Source: an uncultured Acidobacteriota bacterium (GTDB taxonomy: Bacteria > Acidobacteriota > Blastocatellia > RBC074). From it: a stretch of DNA of 64,000 nt. This document shows, piece by piece, positions 57,980-64,000 of this stretch (its first letter is position 1; each line of letters begins with the position of its first letter). Location of the stretch: positions 672,001 to 736,000 of the forward strand of contig CAWCKY010000006.1 in the NCBI GenBank assembly GCA_963796275.1, written 5' to 3'. The translations under genes and the position numbers were made by a program. A model generated the notes under the pieces. It made no database searches. It was not told the DNA's origin and saw only the letters and a list, made by a program, of their open reading frames with translations.

Positions 57980-59566
57980 ATGAAAGAGAACAAGGTCGAA
58001 CGACTGAAAATTGAAAAAGACGGCCTCGACGTGTGGCAGGACATTGAGCGTTATGCGCAAACGGGATTCGACACGATCGATCCCGGCGACATGGATCGCT
58101 TCAAGTGGTATGGCCTTTATACCCAGCGACCCGTGGAAGACGGTCGCTTCATGATGCGCGTAAAGGTGCCCAATGGAATCATCAGCGCCGAGCAGCTCGC
58201 GACTATCGGCTGGCTTTCACAGGTTTATGGACATTCCACCGGAGATATCACGACGCGACAGGGAATTCAGATTCACCATCTGCGCATCGAAGATATTCCG
58301 CATGCCATCAACGAATTGAAGAAGGTCTCCCTAACCACGCAGGAGGCCTGCGGCGATGTCGTACGCAATGTCGTCGGGTGCCCGCTGGCGGGGATCGATG
58401 ACAATGAGATCATCGACGCCTCGCAACTGGTGGATCAGGTTGTAAAACAGTTCATCGACAACCGCGATTTTTCTAACCTGCCGCGCAAATTCAAAATTTC
58501 CATCACCGGCTGCACCCATCAATGCGCGCAACACGAGATCAACGACGTCGGCCTGGTCGCCGTCACCAATAATGATGGGGAGGTCGGGTTCGATCTCTGG
58601 GTCGGCGGCGGACTCGGCGCGAAGCCGTATCTGGCCAAACGTCTCGGGGTCTTCGTCTGGTACGACGAAGCGGTCGAGGTCATCACGCGCATCGTCGAAA
58701 TCTTCCGCGACCACGGTTACCGGGACGACCGGCGCAAGGCGCGTCTGAAGTTTCTGGTAGCCGATTGGGGCGTTGAAAAGTTCCGCGATGAGCTCGAATT
58801 ACGGTTGGGACGCAAGCTCGATGACGGTCCTCAAACAGATGTTCCTGAAATTCAAAAACGCGATCACACAGGCGTCTATGAACAGCGCCAGTATGGGCTG
58901 TATTACATCGGCGCGGCTGTGCTGCGCGGCCGGATTTCAGGCGAGCAGATGAGCGCGGTAGCGGGACTGGCTCGGCGTTATGCGAACGGGCGCATTAGAT
59001 TGACCAACGCACAGAATCTGATCGTGCTCGACGTGCCGGCGGAAAACATCGTTACGCTGAGCAACGAGCTGGCACTGCTCGGTCTCGATCCTTATGGCTC
59101 GCCATTTCGCCGCGGTACGGTCTCGTGCACGGGCCGCCAGTTCTGTAAGCTGGCCGTCGTCGAGACCAAAGAGCGCGCAGAGGAGATCATTCTTTACCTG
59201 GAGCAGACTAACCCGGATTTCAGCGATGACATCCGCATCAGCGTGACCGGCTGCGTCAATTCGTGTGCGCAGTATCAGATCGCCGATATCGGCCTGGTCG
59301 GGGTGAAAGGGCAGGAGAATGGGGCAGAAGTCGACTTTTTCCAGGTCCACCTCGGCGGGCATCTGGGGCAGGGAGCGGCGTTCGGGAGAAAAATCTCCAA
59401 ACGCGTCCGGGTCGAGGAGACCAAATTTTATATCGAGCGGGTTCTCCGCACTTACCGTTCGCAGCGGCGGGCGGGAGAACTGTTCTATCAGTTCATCGCG
59501 CGCCACGATGCGAGAGCATTGGAGATGATCGATGAGCTGGAGAGCGTAGAGATGGCCGCTGTATAA
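57980..59566 (+). CDS. sir: Ferredoxin-dependent sulfite (nitrite/sulfite family) reductase
   Basis: KWYGLYTQR, ITTRQ, LPRKFK, CTGRQFC, TGCVNSC siroheme/4Fe-4S ligands; sulfite specificity inferred from operon context. Confidence 0.88.
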   Translation: MKENKVERLKIEKDGLDVWQDIERYAQTGFDTIDPGDMDRFKWYGLYTQRPVEDGRFMMRVKVPNGIISAEQLATIGWLSQVYGHSTGDITTRQGIQIHHLRIEDIPHAINELKKVSLTTQEACGDVVRNVVGCPLAGIDDNEIIDASQLVDQVVKQFIDNRDFSNLPRKFKISITGCTHQCAQHEINDVGLVAVTNNDGEVGFDLWVGGGLGAKPYLAKRLGVFVWYDEAVEVITRIVEIFRDHGYRDDRRKARLKFLVADWGVEKFRDELELRLGRKLDDGPQTDVPEIQKRDHTGVYEQRQYGLYYIGAAVLRGRISGEQMSAVAGLARRYANGRIRLTNAQNLIVLDVPAENIVTLSNELALLGLDPYGSPFRRGTVSCTGRQFCKLAVVETKERAEEIILYLEQTNPDFSDDIRISVTGCVNSCAQYQIADIGLVGVKGQENGAEVDFFQVHLGGHLGQGAAFGRKISKRVRVEETKFYIERVLRTYRSQRRAGELFYQFIARHDARALEMIDELESVEMAAV

Positions 59567-59692
59567 GTCTGAATTACAGCAGCCAATGTTCTTCGTGAGC
59601 GTTTTGTTTATGGCGATCATTGATGAGACATAGTTTGTAACCCTGCTTGTCACATCCGAAAACAAGCAGAAGAAGGAGGGAAAGATACTGAA

Positions 59693-60856
59693 ATGAGTTT
59701 AATTGATCCACACGGGGGGAAACTGATTGACCGGGAATTGCGCGGGGCAGAGCGCGAAGCGCTGCTGCGAGCATCGGTGAAAATGCCGAGTATTTCGGTC
59801 AACGCACGTGCTGAGGCCGACCTTGAGCTTATCGCATCCGGCGCGCTATCGCCGCTCGAAGGATTTATGGGCGAAGCGGATTACGTTTCGGTCAGAGACA
59901 ACCGGCATCTGGCGAACGGATTGGCCTGGACGATACCCGTCACCTTGTCGGCCACCGATGATGTGAGCGGAACCCTGCACACCGGCGATGATGTTGCTCT
60001 GCGCTCGCGCGATGGGCGATTGGTCGCCGTGCTGCATCTCGCCGAGATTTTCAAATATGACAAAGCGCTCGAAGCCCAGCAGGTGTACCGGACTACCGAA
60101 GAGAAGCATCCAGGCGTGAACGCGATTTATGGGCAGGGCGATTATCTGCTCGGAGGCCGCGTCAGTCTGATCGAAGCGCCGAACCGCCAGGAATTCGGGC
60201 CTTATCGTTTTTCGCCGCGGGAGTTGCGAGCGCTCTTCACCGAGCGGGGTTGGAAGAGCGTCGTCGCCTTTCAGACGCGCAACCCGGTGCATCGGGCGCA
60301 CGAATATATTCAGAAATGCGCGCTTGAGACCGTCGACGGGTTGCTGTTGCACCCCCTCGTGGGCGAGACGAAAGCCGATGATATCCCGGCGCCCGTTCGG
60401 ATGCGGGCATATGAAGTGATCATCGAGCATTACTACCCGGTCTCGCGTACTCAACTGGCCGTGCTGCCGGCTGCGATGCGCTATGCCGGGCCGCGTGAAG
60501 CCATCTTTCACGCGATCATCCGCCAGAACTATGGTTGCTCGCATTTCATCGTCGGGCGCGATCACGCGGGGGTGGGCAATTATTACGGAACATATGACGC
60601 GCAGCGAATCTTCGGCGATTTCGCACCGGGCGAGTTGAAAATCACCCCGATGTTTTTCGACAACACCTTCTTCTGCCGCAAATGCGATGGAATGGCTTCG
60701 GCCAAAACCTGCCCGCACGATCCGGACAATCACGTCAGTTTGAGCGGCACCAAAGTCCGCGAAATGCTGGCGCGCGGAGAAGTACCTCCGTCTGAATTCA
60801 CGAGGCCGGAAGTGGCATCGGTTTTGATCGACGCGCTGAAGGTCGTTGGAGTGTAG
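59693..60856 (+). CDS. sat: Sulfate adenylyltransferase
   Basis: FQTRNPVHRAHE, MRYAGPREA, FIVGRDHAG, SGTKVR. Confidence 0.97.
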   Translation: MSLIDPHGGKLIDRELRGAEREALLRASVKMPSISVNARAEADLELIASGALSPLEGFMGEADYVSVRDNRHLANGLAWTIPVTLSATDDVSGTLHTGDDVALRSRDGRLVAVLHLAEIFKYDKALEAQQVYRTTEEKHPGVNAIYGQGDYLLGGRVSLIEAPNRQEFGPYRFSPRELRALFTERGWKSVVAFQTRNPVHRAHEYIQKCALETVDGLLLHPLVGETKADDIPAPVRMRAYEVIIEHYYPVSRTQLAVLPAAMRYAGPREAIFHAIIRQNYGCSHFIVGRDHAGVGNYYGTYDAQRIFGDFAPGELKITPMFFDNTFFCRKCDGMASAKTCPHDPDNHVSLSGTKVREMLARGEVPPSEFTRPEVASVLIDALKVVGV

Positions 60857-60857
60857 T

Positions 60858-60947
60858 CAGTTTACAGTTTACAGTTTTCAGTTCTTAGCTCTCAGATGCG
60901 AACTAAAAACTAAAAACTGCAAACTGAAAACTGCAAACTGAAAACCG
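60858..60947. repeat. Inverted heptamer-array hairpin between sat and tRNA-Cys
   Basis: (CAGTTTA/CAGTTTT)n ... (AAAAACT/CAAACTG/AAAACTG)n. Confidence 0.8.
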
Positions 60948-60952
60948 AATGG

Positions 60953-61024
60953 GGCGGTGTAGCCAAGTGGTAAGGCGAAGGTCTGCAAAACCTTTATTCG
61001 CCGGTTCGATTCCGGCCGCCGCCT
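60953..61024 (+). tRNA. tRNA-Cys (GCA), CCA not encoded
   Basis: Acceptor GGCGGTG/CGCCGCC with U discriminator; D arm GCC-AAGTGGTAA-GGC; anticodon arm AAGGT-CTGCAAA-ACCTT; T arm GCCGG-TTCGATT-CCGGC. Confidence 0.96.
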
Positions 61025-61051
61025 CTCATTAAGGAATTAAGGAAAGGATCA

Positions 61052-61618
61052 ATGTCAAAAGGTTTTACGCTTTGGTTTACCGGATTATCAGGGGCAGGGA
61101 AGACGACGCTGACAAATGCGATTTTGCCGCATCTGCTCGAGCGAGGCGTCAGGGCCGAAGTTCTTGACGGGGATGAGGTGCGCACCAACCTGAGCAAAGG
61201 GCTCGGGTTTTCCAAAGAAGATCGCGATACCAACATCCGGCGGATCGGTTACGTCGCCCGCTTGCTCTCCCGCAATGGCGTGGGGGTGATTGCGGCGGCA
61301 ATCTCGCCTTACCGCGAAATCCGCGACGAGGTGCGGCGTTCCATCCAGTCAGATGGCGCGGCTTTTGTCGAAATTTATGTCACTGCGTCGCTGGAGGCAT
61401 TGATAGAACGCGACGTGAAGGGGCTGTACAAGAAAGCTCTGGCGGGTGAGATAAAACAGTTCACCGGCGTAAGCGATCCTTACGAACAGCCGAACAATCC
61501 TGAGCTGGTCATCGAAAGCGATAAGGAGACAGTCGCCGAGAGCGCGACGAAGATCATCGTCACTCTCGAGAAGCTCGGGTTGCTGGCATCGAATCAGAAA
61601 TTGGGAGCGATGATATGA
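61052..61618 (+). CDS. cysC: Adenylyl-sulfate kinase
   Basis: [32 protein letters not shown]. Confidence 0.97.
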   Translation: MSKGFTLWFTGLSGAGKTTLTNAILPHLLERGVRAEVLDGDEVRTNLSKGLGFSKEDRDTNIRRIGYVARLLSRNGVGVIAAAISPYREIRDEVRRSIQSDGAAFVEIYVTASLEALIERDVKGLYKKALAGEIKQFTGVSDPYEQPNNPELVIESDKETVAESATKIIVTLEKLGLLASNQKLGAMI

Positions 61619-62427
61619 AACGGGGAAAGGTTTATCTGGTTGGCGCGGGGCCGGGCGATCCCGGTCTACTGACGCTCAAGGCGAGAGATCTTATCGCCGC
61701 AGCCGATTGCATCATCTACGACTATCTGGTCAACCCGAAGATTCTGGAACACGCGGGGCCGCGCGCGGAATTTATCTACGTCGGCAAACGCGGGGTGGAG
61801 AGCTCGTGGACGCAGGCTGAGATCAATCGCCTGCTGGTTGAAAAGGCCGGGGAGCATTCAGTAATCGTCCGGCTCAAAGGCGGCGATCCTTTCATTTTCG
61901 GGCGCGGCGGGGAGGAGGCGGAGATGCTGGTCGATTCGGGAGTGGAGTGGGAGGTCGTCCCGGGAGTGACTGCCGGATCATCGGTCGCCGCATACGCGGG
62001 GATACCCATCACGCATCGCGGGTTGAGCAGTTCGGTCGCTTTTGTGACGGGCCACGAAGACCCGGCGAAACCGCAATCGGCGATCCGGTGGGAGCATTTG
62101 GCTAACGGCGTCGATACGCTCGTCTTTTTTATGGGCGTGGCGCGCGCCCGGGAGATCGCGGAACGGCTCGTGGAACACGGCCGCAGTTCTGAAACGCCCG
62201 TCGCTGTAGTCCGCTGGGGAACTTACGATCACCAGGAGACTTACATAACCACGCTCGCAAACCTGGCGGACCTGACCGCCCGCGAGCAAGTCGCTTCGCC
62301 CGCGCTTATCGTGGTTGGAGATGTGGTTAAGCTTCATGAGAAGTTGCGGTGGTTTGAGGAACTGAAAGAGGTTCCGTTCGCTCATCGCAACTTCCCTAAT
62401 CCATTTTTGGAGGCGCTGGCGGGATAA
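61615..62427 (+). CDS. cobA: Uroporphyrinogen-III C-methyltransferase
   Basis: [32 protein letters not shown]. Confidence 0.95.
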   Translation: MKRGKVYLVGAGPGDPGLLTLKARDLIAAADCIIYDYLVNPKILEHAGPRAEFIYVGKRGVESSWTQAEINRLLVEKAGEHSVIVRLKGGDPFIFGRGGEEAEMLVDSGVEWEVVPGVTAGSSVAAYAGIPITHRGLSSSVAFVTGHEDPAKPQSAIRWEHLANGVDTLVFFMGVARAREIAERLVEHGRSSETPVAVVRWGTYDHQETYITTLANLADLTAREQVASPALIVVGDVVKLHEKLRWFEELKEVPFAHRNFPNPFLEALAG

Positions 62428-62428
62428 G

Positions 62429-62470
62429 CGCACACGGGGCACGGGGCACGGGGCACGGGGGCAAACGGGC
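62429..62470. repeat. GCACGGG heptamer tandem repeat
   Basis: cacacggggcacggggcacggggcacgggggcaaacggg. Confidence 0.7.
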
Positions 62471-62565
62471 GACAGGGAAGAATGACCGAGATCAAACGCG
62501 ATTTTTCGCCTGCCGTCTGAATATCTCCTGAGGCTTCTTCGCCCGGTCACAAAATCTGTAATCGA

Positions 62566-63216
62566 ATGCGCTACTACCCTATTTATCTCGACCTGAAAGA
62601 TCGCGCCGTCCTGGTAGTCGGTGGAGGGGCGATCGCTGAAAGCAAAGCGCAGCAACTTAACGAGGCGGGCGCGCGGGTTCGAGTTGTAAGTCCAACGCTT
62701 ACACCGCTGCTTTCCGGATGGGCGGCGCGCGGAGTGATCGAGCATGTTCCCGGCCGCTTCAAAGAGGATGATTTGAAAGATGTTTATCTTGTCATCAGTG
62801 CCGCGGATGATCAGGCGGTAAACGAAGAGGTGGCGCGACTCGCCGCGGAGCTTGGATTGTTGATAAACGTCGTCGATCAGCCCCCGTTGTGCAATTTCAT
62901 TACTCCGGCACTGGTGACGCGCGGCGATCTGCAGGTCAGCGTATCGACCGGAGGAGGCAGCCCATCGCTCGCGCAGCGCGTTAAGCGGGAAGTCGCCGCA
63001 TCGATCGGCGAAGAATACGGCGAGTTGCTCAAAATTGCCGCCGAGATGAGGGTTGATGCGAAACAACGAATACCGGATTTTGAGAGACGGCGCAAAGTTT
63101 TACACGAGTTTGTCGAATCAGAAGCGCTGGATCTGATCCGCGCGGGAAAATACGAAGAGGCTCGTGAGCTCGCGCGTTCGTTATTGGAAGCCAACGGCGT
63201 GCGGACGGTAAGGTAG
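62566..63216 (+). CDS. sirC: Precorrin-2 dehydrogenase / sirohydrochlorin ferrochelatase (CysG N-terminal/SirC-like)
   Basis: YYPIYLDL, VVGGGAIA, NVVDQP..C.F..PA, STGGGSP. Confidence 0.88.
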   Translation: MRYYPIYLDLKDRAVLVVGGGAIAESKAQQLNEAGARVRVVSPTLTPLLSGWAARGVIEHVPGRFKEDDLKDVYLVISAADDQAVNEEVARLAAELGLLINVVDQPPLCNFITPALVTRGDLQVSVSTGGGSPSLAQRVKREVAASIGEEYGELLKIAAEMRVDAKQRIPDFERRRKVLHEFVESEALDLIRAGKYEEARELARSLLEANGVRTVR

Positions 63217-63286
63217 GTTGTCCAACGCGGAGAGCTTCCCTGAAGCAAATACATTAATCACGATATTTTCAGCGGAGGAGGAGAGA

Positions 63287-63991
63287 ATGATCGATAGCCT
63301 GGAAGAGCTGGCGGAAGTTGAAATAGACCAACTGGCGCAGCGTTTTGAATCGAGCAGCGTTGAAGAAATCCTCGAATGGGCGGTCGACCGATTCGCGCCG
63401 AGTCTGGTAATGACATCGAACTTCGGCGCCGAAGGCGTGGTCGTCATCGATAAGCTGGCGCGCGTCGCGCCGCACGTCCCCGTCATTTATCTTGAAACCG
63501 GGTTCCAGTTCGGCGAGACGGACCAGCTCAAAGAGAGAATTCGCGAACGCTACCGGATTAATATCGTCGAACAACGCGCGGAGTTGAGCGTCGTCGAACA
63601 AAACCGGCTCTATGGCAAGAAGCTTTACGAGCGCGATCCGGACCTGTGTTGTCGCATACGCAAGGTCGAACCGCTCAAGCAGGCGCTCAGTGGATACGAT
63701 GGCTGGATCGCGGCGCTGCGGCGGGATCAGTCGCCGTCGCGGGCGAACATCGGCGTGGTCGAATGGAACGCGCGCCATGGGCTGGTAAAAATCCATCCTC
63801 TTGCCGCCTGGACGCGCCGCGATGTATGGGATTACATAATGAGCAATAAACTGCCTTATCATCCGCTTTATGACGATGGTTATGCGAGCATCGGTTGCAA
63901 ACCCTGCACGCGCCGAGTGGTTGCCGGCGCGCATGAACGAAGCGGTCGGTGGGAGGGGCAGGGCAAGCTGGAGTGCGGTATTCATCTCTGA
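63287..63991 (+). CDS. cysH: APS/PAPS reductase (Fe-S type)
   Basis: CCRIRKVEPL, SIGCKPCT, RSGRW, ECGIH; SD GGAGGAGG before ATG 63287 (alternative TTG at 63218). Confidence 0.93.
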   Translation: MIDSLEELAEVEIDQLAQRFESSSVEEILEWAVDRFAPSLVMTSNFGAEGVVVIDKLARVAPHVPVIYLETGFQFGETDQLKERIRERYRINIVEQRAELSVVEQNRLYGKKLYERDPDLCCRIRKVEPLKQALSGYDGWIAALRRDQSPSRANIGVVEWNARHGLVKIHPLAAWTRRDVWDYIMSNKLPYHPLYDDGYASIGCKPCTRRVVAGAHERSGRWEGQGKLECGIHL

Positions 63992-64000
63992 GATGCAAAA

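Noticed and set aside
57400-57980. SAM (S-box) riboswitch or Cys T-box upstream of the cys operon
   Set aside because: I could not find the S-box core or the T-box AAGGTGGTACC motif by eye; an Rfam/Infernal scan would settle it
59586-59633. 15-aa ORF MFFVSVLFMAIIDET between sir and sat
   Set aside because: No clear SD and too short to support
60953-61060. tRNA-Cys as an integration site of a genomic island
   Set aside because: No integrase in the window, no duplicated tRNA 3' end noticed, and the flanking genes form one coherent pathway

Overview
Bacterial chromosomal window with GC-rich coding regions and AT-rich intergenic regions. Gene content and repeat style suggest Acidobacteriota, possibly Blastocatellia (inference only). 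About 45 genes: methyltransferase, GSP-synthase-like ATP-grasp, TonB receptor, PDZ/GAF/PP2C phosphatase, tesA-ybbAP-like genes, a usp/sulP/sigma-54 two-component module, hydrolases and oxidoreductases, a sugar/polyol ABC-catabolic cluster ending in xylB, MMPL, lpxC, rpsU, purD, a desaturase, a DUF1175/alpha-2-macroglobulin/PBP-SpoIID cluster and a sulfate-assimilation operon (sir-sat-tRNA-Cys-cysC-cobA-sirC-cysH). Top finding: an unannotated 48-aa leader ORF ending in seven consecutive Cys codons (57675-57821) directly upstream of the cys operon, which itself carries an embedded tRNA-Cys. This is a candidate cysteine-sensing ribosome-stalling attenuator. Also notable: a three-copy MITE with 8-bp TTAA-centred target duplications at stop codons; a REP-doublet element whose end is amplified into a 19 x 24-bp array and whose collapsed form lies at 45.4 kb; inverted heptamer-array hairpins; three sigma-54 promoters, two sharing an enhancer motif; and two or three small frameshifts that may be assembly errors.
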